This document shows, piece by piece, positions 37,603 through 51,815 of a stretch of 64,000 nucleotides of DNA; positions within the stretch are counted from its first letter, which is position 1; every line of letters starts with the position of its first letter. Position numbers and translations under genes: made by a program. This DNA is from Alloascoidea hylecoeti (taxonomy: Eukaryota): NCBI GenBank assembly GCA_001600815.1, contig BCKZ01000011.1, positions 62,001-126,000 of the forward strand, written 5' to 3'. The notes under the pieces are model-generated. The model had not been told where the DNA came from, made no database searches, and was given only the letters and a program-made list of their open reading frames with translations.

Positions 37603-38409
37603 TTATAATGTTTTAAGCACCTCAGAAGCCTCCGATACTAGATAAAAATTGTAATAAATTGTCAGTCCAAACTAAAGCTAAGGCTTATTTATGGAAATAA
37701 AAAAAGACATTGAACTTACCATTAATACTTGTACCATCTTCTTCAATAAATTTATTGATTACTTTTCCATTTTCAGTAATTAAAGCATATCTTTTACTTC
37801 TTTCATTACCAAATATTTTAGAAGCATCAAATAATACATTTAATTCTTTTGAAAATGATCCTTTTGAATCAGATAAGAAATGGAACTAAAAACATTAATA
37901 ATTAACAGGTTAGTAATTGTCATCTGATATAATATTTATAATTGCATGTATTATAACTTACATTATCTTTATCATCAATTGAAAATGACTCTTTCCATGA
38001 CTTTACTACAAATGGATCATTTACTGCAACAACATAAATTTTTGATATTCCTTTATCTTGAAACCTTTTTAAATTATTAATATAACCCGGAATATGTTTT
38101 GATGAACAACCAGGTGAAAAGGCTCCAGGAACTCCAACAATTAAAAATTTCCCCTATAAGTTACAACCTTTGTAAGTCACAAGCATTATGTTTATTGATC
38201 ATGAACAAGTAAATAAATACCTTTGAAATTTCTTCAGATAGATTGATTGAACTTCCAGGAGAATCTTCAAATATTTCGGTATTTGGAATAGAATCACCAA
38301 TTTGAATTCTCAATGTGTTTGTAAGTCCAAAGTTCCTAACAATTGTGTTTCTAGATATTAAACGAGTACCAACATTGAAGGTTCTAATATTATTTAATGT
38401 TTGTAGCAT
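37603..38409 (-). CDS. AHP1: Prx5/Ahp1-type peroxiredoxin with likely mitochondrial presequence; exons 38409-38221, 38153-37962, 37885-37720, 37637-37603 (193 aa)
   Basis: GVPGAFSPGCS..HIPGY, VNDPFV..W and FGNERSKRYA motifs are present, and all three introns keep frame. Confidence 0.85.
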
Positions 38410-38631
38410 TTGTAGATTATGTTTTTTATCCTGAGTAAATGATGAAAAGAGGAGAAATCCTTACATTTATTGATTAATGCATTGTTACGTAACTAACTTA
38501 TTTATATATCATACTGAAATTTACGCATGATTCACTTTACTTAACAGTTCGAAATCCAAAGATAGACAATAGGTTCACCAATATATGATTGCTAACTGCA
38601 GGCCTAGAGAAGTAAAAGAATACTCAGTATG

Positions 38632-40433
38632 TATCACTATGTAATAATTAATGTAATTGATATTCCCCTAGAATGTAGTACAAGCTCTTTGTACCATAGG
38701 TTTATATAATCATATAGCTAGCTAGCCCCAAGTGGATAGAGTTGATAGTAACTTACACTTCAGTTTTCCATCCAATTTACCAATTATATAGAAAGAATAA
38801 AACAAAAGAAAAAAAGCTGATTCAATCAACTTTCATAATAACACAAAAAACATGATCAACATCAAGTGGAAATTCCAGGTTTTGTTAATATTGTTCTTTT
38901 CAAACGTTATGATACATTAAATAAAGATTCATTATCAATTTTGTTCAACTTGATCTAATTTATCCAGTCTACCCAATTTTTTGAATGCAGCTTCCATTTC
39001 CATTCGTAAATCTTGTGAATATTCCAATATCTTAGTATTTTGAGTTTCTATTTTATCAATTCTTTTTTCTTAAAGACTTATCCTGGTGCTCCGTCTTAGA
39101 TAACTTGTTAATGAGTTGGAATTTTTTGAAGGAGATCGTGAAGTTGCATGTAACTCGACAGTTGGGCTTTGGTATGATACAAGTGGTAATTGGGGGGAAC
39201 TGACAAGGATGGATGTTGTTGATTTTGAGAGCTCATTTAAAGATGTATAGGAAGGTGGTTGTAAATGTCTTGAACATGATAAGGAAGAGTGACAAGGCAA
39301 GGTAGTCATCGTCTGCAATGAAACTTACAGAGTAACTGTCGGTTGATCTATTCAGGATATTTATGCACTTTCCATTTCTATTATGATGTAGCATATGAAT
39401 AACTTATCCCAAGCTGAGCAAATGTATCCATTGTTGTCTCCTCACGGTGTTCCTTATATATTTCTTTGATAAATCCCCACCATTTCTTCCAATTTTCATC
39501 TTTTAGTTCCGGAATTAACTGCATCCATTTGCTTGGTTTCAATATAATTTTGTTTTTATTATACCACTTCTGGCTTATTGATTTAATCGAGTATTTGAAT
39601 ATGTTTTCTTCTTCCATGTCTTTTATTCTTTTTTCGATATCTTCTCCTGCTGGGGTTTCCACCAGTTTTTGTAATGCTTCATTTGTCAATTTTGGTACCG
39701 TTTCAGTCGTTGGTATATTTCTTTTTTTGTGTTATTTATTATGATTCTCCACACTTTCAAGTATGCTATTGTTTGGATTTACTGGTATAACTGAGTTTAA
39801 ACTTAGATCAGTATTATTCAATAAATTACCTATCAAAATATTATACCAGTGAAAATTCAACTCTGTATGATTATCTATTGAGTTCGCCTGATTTTTACTT
39901 ACTGCTTCCTTTAATGTTGTTGCTAAAAATTTCAGGAATTCTCTCATTGATTTTGCATAGTCTTCGTCACCTTGCAATGCACTCAATATCCAGCTGGCTT
40001 GGTGACCTAATAATTGCTTTTTCAGGTCGCTTAAACCAAAACCACCCGCTGAAATGGGGGTTTTCAATTTTTCAGGAAAGTTCATATTTGTAAATGTATA
40101 AAACACAATTTTAAAAAAATTATTCCTACATAGTGATAGTAAAGCCGTAAAATCGTAAGTCCTATAGATAGCTGTAAAGACCTAGGTTCGAACCTGACTG
40201 CTAACTTTTGTAGAAAATGAATTCCCACTTACAAATGCTGGTTACCAAAAAGGAAAGAGTAGAAAATGAAAAAGAAGCTGCATGTAACTACCAGAGACCC
40301 CCAACCTGGCACGAGCAGCAACAAATGTTACAAACAAAAACACAACACGACAAAGACACAAAACACCCGGGAATTAGAATCTGAGGTAGACAACAAAAAA
40401 ATTAAATAACATTAAATAATTAAAAAAAAAAAA
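38632..40433. mobile_element. 5'-truncated L1/Zorro-like LINE relic: ORF2 3' part on minus (~40106-38632) plus terminal segment with poly(A) on plus (~40107-40433)
   Basis: It has the post-RT motif LKTPISAGGFGLSDL, NWKKWW and a degenerate zinc knuckle SCFLC...NQLFFFC at ~38850-38800. An A-rich tail ends at 40433. Confidence 0.72.
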
Positions 40434-40670
40434 ATATAATAAAATTTTTACTTTTAATAGGGCTTATATATCCTATAAGCTTATAACTATAGCTTCAATT
40501 AACATGCCATATAAATATTAATATTTATAATTGTAACGAGTGAAAATTATGAATGTTATAAGTTATAACAAATATATGCCTACAATACATGGATATATCA
40601 CTGTGAACCTGATTCATAAAATACTGATTATAAATATATTCTTAATTGTTTTAAAGTTGGGAAATCCAAT

Positions 40671-41045
40671 TGTTAACCTTGTACAGATTATAGTTTCAAG
40701 ATGAAGGACATCATTTCGGATTGTAACACATTTATGATGTATTGCCGAAACCCCCTAAATGTTTGAATGGAAAGATGCACTTTAAATGTTTGAATGGAAA
40801 GATGAAGTTGAATCAAATCATTCTTGCTGGAAAGGATCAAGCGTCGCGTAATATTTTGGGGGTGATTAGAGTTGTTAGATTGACTTTTTTACCTAACTTG
40901 AGTTAGACTTAAGCGTTGATGGTTTGAGTTAAAAGGACTACTGATTAGTCTGATTACGAGTTATCAAGAGTTAGAGATTACAAGTGATTTAGATTTATAT
41001 TTCCTTTCAGTAGCTGGAAATGTCTGGCCTATGATTAGTTCAACA
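40671..41045 (+). mobile_element. diverged solo-LTR-like relic related to 30416-30679
   Basis: It shares GATTGACT....ACCTAACTTGAGT, GAGTTAAAA.GA.TA.TG and a TTCAACA end with the reverse complement of the 264-bp LTR, and contains an internal 22-bp direct repeat. The left end is uncertain. Confidence 0.4.
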
Positions 41046-41301
41046 CAAAACTACTACTAAGACAGTGTAAGAAATACCAAGAATATGCCCATCAATTATA
41101 CATGTAGATGAATCAAAAAAAAAAGTTTAATATTCTAAATCATTTTATAATCTTACATTGATTAATATTGTAATTTTTAGATATATTATACAATTGTTAC
41201 ATAATTAATATTAATTAAATTAATGTTTTTGACGAGAGTATATATTTTCTTCTTTTTTCATATATTTTTTTTGTATTAAGATACTGGTTAATGATTTTAT
41301 T

Positions 41302-43141
41302 TTAAAAACCTTGTCCAGAAGCTCCAGCATTAAAATACTGAGCAATCATACTATTTCCACTTTGTGCATCTGTAGCAAAGACTTCCATGAAATGGAATAC
41401 AGCACATACACCGGCAACAAGAGCTGGTCCTCTTCCATCACCTCCTAAAATATCTGATGCAACAGCAATTGCTGTAAGTACAGAAGCACCAGCAACTGCA
41501 GCGGTTGGAATAACACGTTTTAATTCTTTTGTAACTGATCCTTCTCTATGACCGGCGATAACAAGTCCTTGTTCTTTAAAAGTTTGTGCAATTCCTTTTG
41601 CTGATGATCCAGTAATATCACTCCAAATTTTAGCAAATGGAGTAGTAAAAGCAAAAGCAAAAACAATATAACCAATGGTTTTAAGAGGATGAAATAAAGC
41701 AACTTTAATATCACTTGGAGGAGTAATATAATATAAAAGACCAGAATTTAAAACATATTCAGTTCCAGTTGAACTTGAAATCCAAGTACCAAATAATCTA
41801 ACAGCAGTATTTAAAGGAAAAAAAGAATATAATAAATAACTTATTGAATTTAATAAAAATAAAATTGAAAATAAGAATAAAATTGGTAAACCACCAGTAT
41901 ATAATAATCTAATTGGATAATTTGTAGCAGCTGATCTTACTTTATTTGATCTTAAAGGAATTTCAATTCTGAAATTTTGAAAATAAACAGATCCAAAGAA
42001 AGTTAAAATACTAACATAAGTATGATTTAAATTTGGTAATGAAGAACGAGTAAAACTTTCAATAATTGCATTTTTAAAATTTTTTGATCTTATTGAACTA
42101 ATAAATGCAGGAATTGCACCAGTAAAAACAGAGCCTCTTGGTGTTGAAACTCGTACAAATGAAAATAAATCATTAACAAATTTTGCACCACTATTAATAC
42201 CAACAAATAATAAAATTCCAGAACCCATTCCATGACCTTTATCTAAAACTTCAGTTAAGAAAATAATTAAAGAACCAGCCCAGAATAATTGAATAACAAG
42301 TAAGAAAATATTTGCTAAACTTAAAGAATTAATTGGTCCATAATAACCAGAAAATACTAAACCAATAGATAATGCAAAAGTTATGATAAAAGCAGTAATT
42401 TTTTGAGCAGATTGAAATAATTCACGATCTTTTCTAATTTCAAAATTAACATTAATAAGTCTTAAGCCTGCTAATAATTGAAAAATAAAACCAGAAATAA
42501 GAATTGGTGCAACTCCAAATTCAATCATTGAACCTTTTGTACTTGCCATGATCGGTCGATAGGCATGAAATGGGTCTGGCCCAATTTCTTTAGCTCCGAA
42601 TATTCTTTGAATAAATATTGTTAGTAAACGAAATGAAATGAAATGAAAGATTTCTAAATTGCTTACGGTAAGTCAAGGATAAGATATATTGCGGCAGCTC
42701 CAAAAGTATAAGAAATTTGTTCATCGAAATCTCCCTGGATGAAAAAAGTTAGTTAAAACACCACAAAATGACATTTTATTTATATCAAATCAATATCAAT
42801 ATCATAATCACTCGAAAATAAATCCGAAGAATATTGATATTTCTCCATAGTTTTTGATAATAAGTTGATTTAATAACATACCTTTGTATATGGAACTTCG
42901 ACCTCAGGAAGAATAGGTATAAAAGGTTTGACCAAATCAAGGAGACGAACTATTATCTTTTTTGTTAGTAATCACTCAGATCATTGTCATTTCCATTATC
43001 ACGAGAAAACCCAACAAGAGGTTTCAGACTTATCAAATCAGGTGTTCATTCAACACGGAATCCATTTAATTCCATCCTTCAATTTTATCTTCACCAAATG
43101 TGACTTTTCTCAAAAATAATTTAAAACATACGTCTACTCAT
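41302..43141 (-). CDS. SSH1: Sec61-alpha paralogue Ssh1; exons 43141-43132, 42949-42882, 42734-42667, 42604-41302 (~482 aa)
   Basis: RLLDLVKPFIPILPEVE, DRELFQSAQK, DKGHGMGSG, YPIRLLYTG and ELKRVIPTAA are present. The divergence pattern (LLYTG) is Ssh1-like rather than Sec61. Confidence 0.85.
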
Positions 43142-43351
43142 TTTTTCTTTTTGATTTTGTTGTTGAGAAGAGAGTGGGCGGAGAGAAAAAAAGGAAAGGA
43201 AAAGGCCACGCATTTTAGGAAGGGCCATCTTTAAATCTGAATTCAATTAACATCACAACCTCCAAAAATTTTCACCACCAACTGAAAAAACATAGAAATT
43301 TAATAGACACTTATAATTTTTAAAAACTAAAAAAATAGCAATAAAAAATAA

Positions 43352-44187
<836 letters not shown>

Positions 44188-44235
<48 letters not shown>
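44188..44235. repeat. (AAT)16 microsatellite
   Basis: A perfect run starting at the TAE1 stop codon. Confidence 0.95.
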
Positions 44236-44236
<1 letters not shown>

Positions 44237-44333
44237 GTATATACCTATATTTATATATATATAAAAGTACAAGATAGTGGGTGTGATAAATCTATTTATT
44301 TAGATTTTATTTTTTGATTAAATATTAACATGA

Positions 44334-47300
44334 TTATTTTCTTTGATTTATTATACTATTTCTAGTCTTGAATAACAATTCAATCATCATTGTCTCAAGT
44401 TCACTTTTTTCATTTGAACTCATTTTTTCTAATGCATCATCATCTATATCCTGAATGGATCCCTTTAAATTATTAAGTAAATTTGTAGTATTTGTTATTT
44501 CATGTGAATGAGCATCTGATTCAATCAATGCAACTTCATTCTCAGTCCGTTTTGCAACCATCATATTATTTGTTTGTTGTTTTAAAGAACTCATTTCTAA
44601 TTGTTGTGTTAATTCCAAATGTTGTTTAATATCTAAAGAATTCTTCCTGTTATTTGGACTTAATGTATATTTTATATCTTTACCTTCTTCAACAAGAGTT
44701 GTTTGTCTTTCAACTAATGTTTCTGATCTATTTACATCCCATGATCTAAAAGGTGTATGTGATGAATCAATTGATGATGATAATGAGTCAGATACTTGTT
44801 TCTTTGCGGTATGATCAATAATATTATGATTATTATTTGATTTCATTGATGATAGTCTTCTCTTTTTAGAAACGACTGTCGAATTATCATTCATTTCAAC
44901 TCCGACTTCATTATATTGTAATTGATCCCTTTTATGACGATTTAAAATATTTTTAAATGGTATCCAATTCTTAACAGATTCAGAAAGTGATGAATGAACA
45001 GATTGCAATGATTGTGATTTTTTTTTATTTGGTGAAATTGAATTTATTAAATTATTTGTTTCATTTTCATTATCATCATTATCATTTGTCATAATTAATG
45101 ACCAACCTCTTCTTTTTCTTTTTTCTCCAATTTTTGAATCTTCAGAATTTGATATTTGTTGTGTATCTAAAAGTCTTGAATAATCAAAAGATGGATCATT
45201 TTCTTCCTTTTTAATAGTTTTAACAGGTGTTAAAGTTTCATTTTCATTTTCATTTTCATTAATTGAAATTCCTCCTGACATAATAATTATTTCCGGATCA
45301 CTTTCTGATGAAACATCTGATTCATGTTCATTATGATCAGTAATATGTCGTTTTCCTAAACTTATTTGTGTTTCAATAGAAGTATCATTTCCAGAATTTG
45401 AATTTGAATTCGTAAATGATGCATACATATCATAATTATCATTGTTACTAATATTAGTAGCATCATGGAATTCTTCTTCTAAAGATTTATCATCATTTTC
45501 ATTCTCATTTTCAATTTCATTCATCGTTATATTACTATCACTATTGTCTTCATCCACATTGTTAACAATATTAGAAATTGGTTGTGAATCAATTAATTCT
45601 TGTGATGATTGTAAATGAATGCTTTCATTTTGAATTGGTGGATTATTAAACGATGGTAAAGATGATGATGATGGTAAGATATTTTTATCATTTACATTAA
45701 TATCATTATCTGTTTGTGATATTGATAAAGAATCAGGAACAGTTATTTGTTTAATTTCATCATTAATAATTGAATTTTTGACATTATTTTCTTTAAATGA
45801 TGTTTTGGGAAGTTTTTGGATTTCTTCAATTTCTGTGTTTCTCTCAATTTCTTGAGTTTCTTCAAAATCTGTATTTCTTTCAATTGCTTGAGTTTCTTCT
45901 ATTTCTATATTTCTTTCGATTGCTTGAGTTTCTTCTATTTCTGTATTTCTTTCAATTGCTTGAGTTTCCGCCATATGTATTCCAGAAGGAGCGCTAATAT
46001 CCATAGTTTCAATATTTTGTGTTTCTTCAACGTTGTAACTTTGTTGTGAAATATTATCAGATTCTAATCCAGAATCTGCACTTGCAAGATTATTAACAAT
46101 TATAGAATCAGATAACTCAATACTTTTATGAATATAAACATGCGATGGTGATGTCTGAGTTTCTATCTGTGTTTGCGTTTGTATTATTGACTGTGACTGT
46201 GATTGTGATGGAGTATCCTTCCCAGAAACACCATATTCGATACTTAAAGAACGACGATATTGCATTTTTATCGGAGATCCCGTTGTCATAAGTTCATTTG
46301 AATCATTTAAACCATTTGAATCATTTAAATCATTCGAATCATTTAAATCATGGGAATAAGAAATATCTTTAACTGGCAATTTAAAAGAATTTGGAATATT
46401 AGATGATTTAGATTTAGTTGGTGATGAAAATGGATTTTTTTCAATATCTTTTATAAAAAAATCATTTTCGGTCTTAGATTTGACTTTCGTTGAAGGTTCA
46501 ACATTTAATTTTAGTGGTTCAATTATATCAATTAATTCAGTTGATGAAACTTTTGATTTTCTTTTCTTTGAAGTTCTTTTTTTCTTTTTACTACTTCTAA
46601 TTGATGATGGTGCTGTTTGTGTTTTACCTTCTAATTTTCTTTGTAATTTATGAGGTGTTGTTATTAAATTTGTAATTACTAATGAAGAATTATCAGATAA
46701 AGTATCTTTTTCTTCAATTGATGATTTGGAATCATTTATTTCATTACTAAAATTTATTGAAGATTTTGATAAATTCTTTTTATTATTAATAATTGAAATT
46801 GATTCTTCTTCCTGTTGTTGTAATTGTAATGGTAAAATTGACTTTAATTTATTTAAAATTTGTTTTGAAGATGGAAGTTTATAAAATATTGAAATTGATT
46901 TATCTTCTTTAATTATATTTTGTAATAAATTAATAATAATATTTTTATTTTTAATAGTTATTGAAGAAGAAAAAAAACTTGATGCTATTAATGAATCAAT
47001 TAAATCAATTGATTCATTTAATTCATCGATTGAAATTATTGGATCATTAATATATGATAAGAATGATTTATAAGTAAAATTAATCTAAAAATTTATAAAG
47101 TTAGCAAAACAAATTCATGATATAATGAATAATGAAAACTTACAGATGATGTTAAATTTTTTGACAATGAATCATAATTATCCATCCCCCATAAAACAAG
47201 AATTGAAGTAAATTCTTTAAATATTTCTTTTTTAGTAAATTCATTATTATTATATAAATTAGTTATAATAATAAATAAATCGCTAATTATATCAACATTA

Positions 47301-50300
47301 ATTTCAATTTCAATATCATTTGAATTTTTTAATTGTAAATAACAAAAATAAATCAATTGTTTTAATAATTTAATAATAATATTTTTTAAAATTACTGATT
47401 TATTTATTAAAATTGATTGAATTAAATTTTTAATTAATAAAATTGAAAATTTATTAATAAATTCATAATAATAATTAATATTATATTGTAATTTTAAATT
47501 TAATGATGAATTATCATTTAAGAATATAAAATCATCAGGTATTAAATCATTTAATAAATTTAAAAATTTATCATTTTTAATAAAAAATTCCAATGTTATT
47601 AAATTTGTTATAATATTAAACCATTTAAATTGTGATTTTAAATGAATTTTTTGTTTATAATCATCATCTTTACTATTAATATTAATATTATGAATAAATG
47701 ATTGATAAATTAATAAAATTTCGATAATTTCTTTTGATTCATCAATTGTTAATAAATTAATATTATCTTGATCAATGAATTTTTCTAATATATCAAAAAT
47801 AACCAACCATATAATTGAAAAAACAATATCATTATCATTATTACTGTTATTATTAAATGAATTTTTAGTAATTTCACAACAACATTTTAAAAATGATAAT
47901 TTTATTTTTCTTTTATCTAATTTTTCTAATATAAAATTAATAAATTCTTCAAATAATTTTTTATAAATTATTAATTTTTTTGAAAATTGATTAATTTTTT
48001 GAAATTCATTATCATTTAATTTTTTTAAAATTTTAAAATTATTTTTATTATAAAGTTTTTTAAATTCATTATCATTATCATTTTTATTATTATTATTATT
48101 AAAAGATTTTAAAATTTTATCATTATGAATATTAATATTTTCATTATATTCTAATTTTGATAAAATTTGTTGTTTTTTTAAATGACTATTATTAAAATCA
48201 TCATTAAATAAATCAATTAATACTTTAAATATAAACATTAATGGCATGTTTAAATTAATACCAATTGTTGTTATATTTTTATAATTTTTTGATTGATTTA
48301 AATCATAATGAACTTTAGTATTATCATTTGAAATTTTAATTAAATTTTTATCAATAAAAGGATAAATTCCAATTGTATTTATACTTGAATGAATTAAATA
48401 TGGTACAATTTCAATTTTTTGAAGTTTTTGTGATTTTAATTGTTCATTATTATCCTTTGTTATTAAAGAACCAGTTTCTAAATTATAATGAATTGATTTT
48501 TCATCTTCTTCATTATTAAAACTTGATTCATTTAATTCATTTAAATTTGTTTCATCATTTGATTCTAAATAATGAACAATTGATTCATTTGATGATTTTT
48601 CAATATCTATTATAAAATTAATAATCGAAGAAACACAAATCATTGTATCATTTGATGATTGAATTTCTCTTTTTATAACAATTTTTATAGATTTTAAATA
48701 ATTTATCCAAATTTCTAATAAATTTTTTTTATAATTGAACTTTTCATTTTCAATTTCATTAATTTTATTAATTGAATTATATGGTAATTTTTGAAAAACT
48801 AATAATAAAGTTTTTAAAACAATTGAAGAATTTGATCTTAACCATTTTGAATCAATTGGTGTTAAATCATTAATTGGAATTGGAATTAATGATAAACATC
48901 TTTCTAACGGTAATATATCATTAATATTTGTTGTTACAGAAGAATTTTTTGTTGATTTTTTAGGTGTTGATAATTTTGATGATGATTTTGATGATGGAGA
49001 TGGACTACCCAAATTATTATTTAAATTATTATTATTTAATTTAAAATTTGGTTGTAATAAACGATTTAATATATTAATACCATCTTTTAAAATCTCAGGA
49101 TTTGAGCTTTTTAAATAAATATTTAAAATTATTGGTTCAATTAATTTTTCCCATGTTAATTTTAACTGTTTTTCATAATGAATTATAGAAATTATAACAT
49201 TTCTATTTGATAAATTCATATATAAAATTGATATAAATATATTATTTAATGAATCAATTATTGGTTTTCTTTTTTCATTAATTAATAATTTTAATGGATG
49301 TATCATAAATATAATTTTTCTTTTTAAATCAATTAATTTTGAATTTGGATATGATGCAAATGGTGTTAAACACCATGTATAAATTATAAATCTCCAAGTT
49401 TTTGCAGCACATAAAACAACATTAATATTTGATGAATTAAAACAAATTTTAGAAATATGTAACCATTTTTCTAAATTTGACCATTTATCTAATTTATCAT
49501 CTAATGATGGACCCCAAGATTGTAATAATAGAGATATAACACCCCAAATATCCATAACTATTTTACCTTCACCTTGTTGTATCATTGACATTAATTTATC
49601 ATTATAAAAATTAAACATTGTTGGCTGTGATGGATCTATTGGAGTTGAATCAGGTATTGTATCAATATTTGAACTATCATTATGTAATTGAAATAAAATA
49701 TAATGATGATGATTATGTATAGGACTTGGTCTATTAAAAAAATGTAATAAACATCTACCAACATTTGAACTTCCTAATAAAGTTTTAGCTAATTCTTGAC
49801 AACAATTTAAAGCTCTTTGTTGAAGTATACTAGTTGAATCAATCATTGCTAAAATGATTTTTGGAACCCATTCGTGTAATCTATTTTCCATAATACCTTT
49901 AAAATTTTTAATTAACCAAGTAAAACCAATAAAAGTTTCAGATAATAAACCAACGGATTGAAAATTTAAATGTAATTTATTTATAGAAGTTAAATATTTA
50001 TCAGCAATTTCATGATTTATCACTTTTTTTGGTAATTTTTGATAAATTAATAAATGTAAATAAGAACCAACAATATTTTTAGTTGATTTTGAATCAGAAA
50101 CTTTGTCAATTGCTAAAATTATAAAAGATCTTGAAGTTTCAACATCAATTTTTGAAGCAATTTCTTTATCATAAAACATAAATGAAAGAACTTTTAATGC
50201 CTGAATTGAATTTCTTCTTAAAAAAGGATCAATAATTGGTGATTTTTCACATAAATAAACATCACGTTTGATTAGAATAGTTAATAGATTAGCATTTTTA

Positions 50301-50761
50301 TATAAATTTTTCATTAATTGTGAATTATTATGTTCATCTCTCAATATTGCATTGATGAACGCGTAAACTTCATAATTATTCTCGTTTCGTTCATCATGAA
50401 GAGCAAAACAAGCTGAATCTATTAAAGTAGGGAGATGGCCTGGTGTAATATTGAAAGGAGAAGACCAATATTCTCGTGAAGCTGGTGTGAGTATTTCTGG
50501 AGGAGAAGAAGGAATTTGTAAATTTTGGGGTGTTGGAGAGAGTTGTTTTAATATGGATTTCAATGGAGACGGTTCGCGTTTTCTAGTTGGAGAGGACACG
50601 GGGGACGAGGGTGGTTGTAACACGTCTGAAAACACGACTTTTTTGCGGGCAGAAGCGGATTCTGGCACCAATCTTCTCACAGTCGGCAACCCATGCACTT
50701 CCTGTCTTGAGGGGGGCGGACTGGACGAGATTTCCATATTGGCAGAAAGCACGTCCGTCAT
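44334..50761 (-). CDS. RIF1: telomere/replication-timing regulator Rif1; exons 50761-47144, 47084-44334 (~2122 aa)
   Basis: It has N-terminal KKVVF and SILK PP1 motifs, a HEAT-like N-domain and a C-terminal helical ELETMMIELL. A 59-nt GTAAGT..GCTAAC..TAG intron joins the two ORFs in frame. Confidence 0.85.
45822..45968 (-). repeat. 36-bp coding minisatellite x4 (ETQAIERNTEIE) in RIF1
   Basis: Visible in both DNA and protein. Confidence 0.88.
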
Positions 50762-50878
50762 AACTTTTATGTTGTTCGGAGTTGAAGAGAAAGATATTTG
50801 TTTAGTACTCCTCCTAAATTAAAATTCAAACATTTAACTTCTTTGCACAAACACAAACACAATCAAAAAATCAACAAA

Positions 50879-51726
50879 ATGGAAGACCACCCAGTTTATT
50901 CCCACAAATTGGTTCTTTTAGGCGAATCCGCTGTTGGGAAAGTACGAATCAATCATCTAAATATTCTCCATTTATCATTTCTAACCTTCAAATTCTTTAC
51001 AGAGTTCGCTTGTTTATCGTTTTGCTAAGGTGTGTATGGACACAAACAATAATCATATCATACAAAGTATACTAATTATACACAGAACTCTTTTGATGAC
51101 ATGAAAGAATCAACCATTGGTGCTGCTTTCATCACACAGTTTTTCGATCTAGACGATGGCTCAAAAGTCAAGTTTGAAATATGGTGAGTTCATCTTCATA
51201 TCCTCGTCCTTATCATCTTAATATTAACACCGATAAGGGACACTGCTGGACAAGAACGATACAGATCTTTAGCTCCCATGTACTACAGAAATTCCAGTTG
51301 TGCCATCGTAGTTTATGATATCACCCAGAAAAGTTCTCTTGATAGAGCAAGAATTTGGATAAATGAACTGCAATCTCAATCTGATGATCTACTAATTGCT
51401 CTAGTTGGAAATAAATTAGATTTAGAAGCTGAGAGACAAGTCGATAATACTGTAAGTTCATCATCTTTTTATCTTTTTATCTTTTTATCTTTGTATCGTT
51501 TATATTGATACTAATTATCATCATTATTTAGATGATTGTGGATTTCCAATCACAATATGATATTCTTCATTACGAAACATCTGCAAAAACTGGTCAAAAC
51601 GTTCATACATTATTTAAAGATATTGCTACTAAATTACCAAAAAATACTCCTATACAAAGTCCTTCACTTGAATATGGCATAGATTTAACTAAAAATTCAA
51701 CAATAGCTTCTGGTTGTGCTTGTTAA
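50879..51726 (+). CDS. Rab5-family GTPase (Vps21/Ypt52/Ypt53-like); exons 50879-50941, 51003-51029, 51086-51183, 51238-51451, 51532-51726 (198 aa)
   Basis: [39 protein letters not shown] and a C-terminal CAC prenylation motif are present. Confidence 0.9.
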
Positions 51727-51815
51727 TCTCTTTTCTTTATAAGTTATATTATTGATTTCCTTTTTATATTTAAATTTATTAATTTGTTCATGTTGAAGTC
51801 GGTATATTTGATTTT

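Noticed and set aside
40110..40200. Clustered TAA/TAG stops and TpA-rich relics as RIP
   Set aside because: The 359-bp inverted arms are unmutated and SPC105 is intact despite a linked duplicate. Dinucleotide indices were not computed, so there is no positive support.
42928..43119. Plus-strand 63-aa ORF
   Set aside because: It lies mostly antisense within SSH1 intron 1. No clear snoRNA boxes were recognised either.
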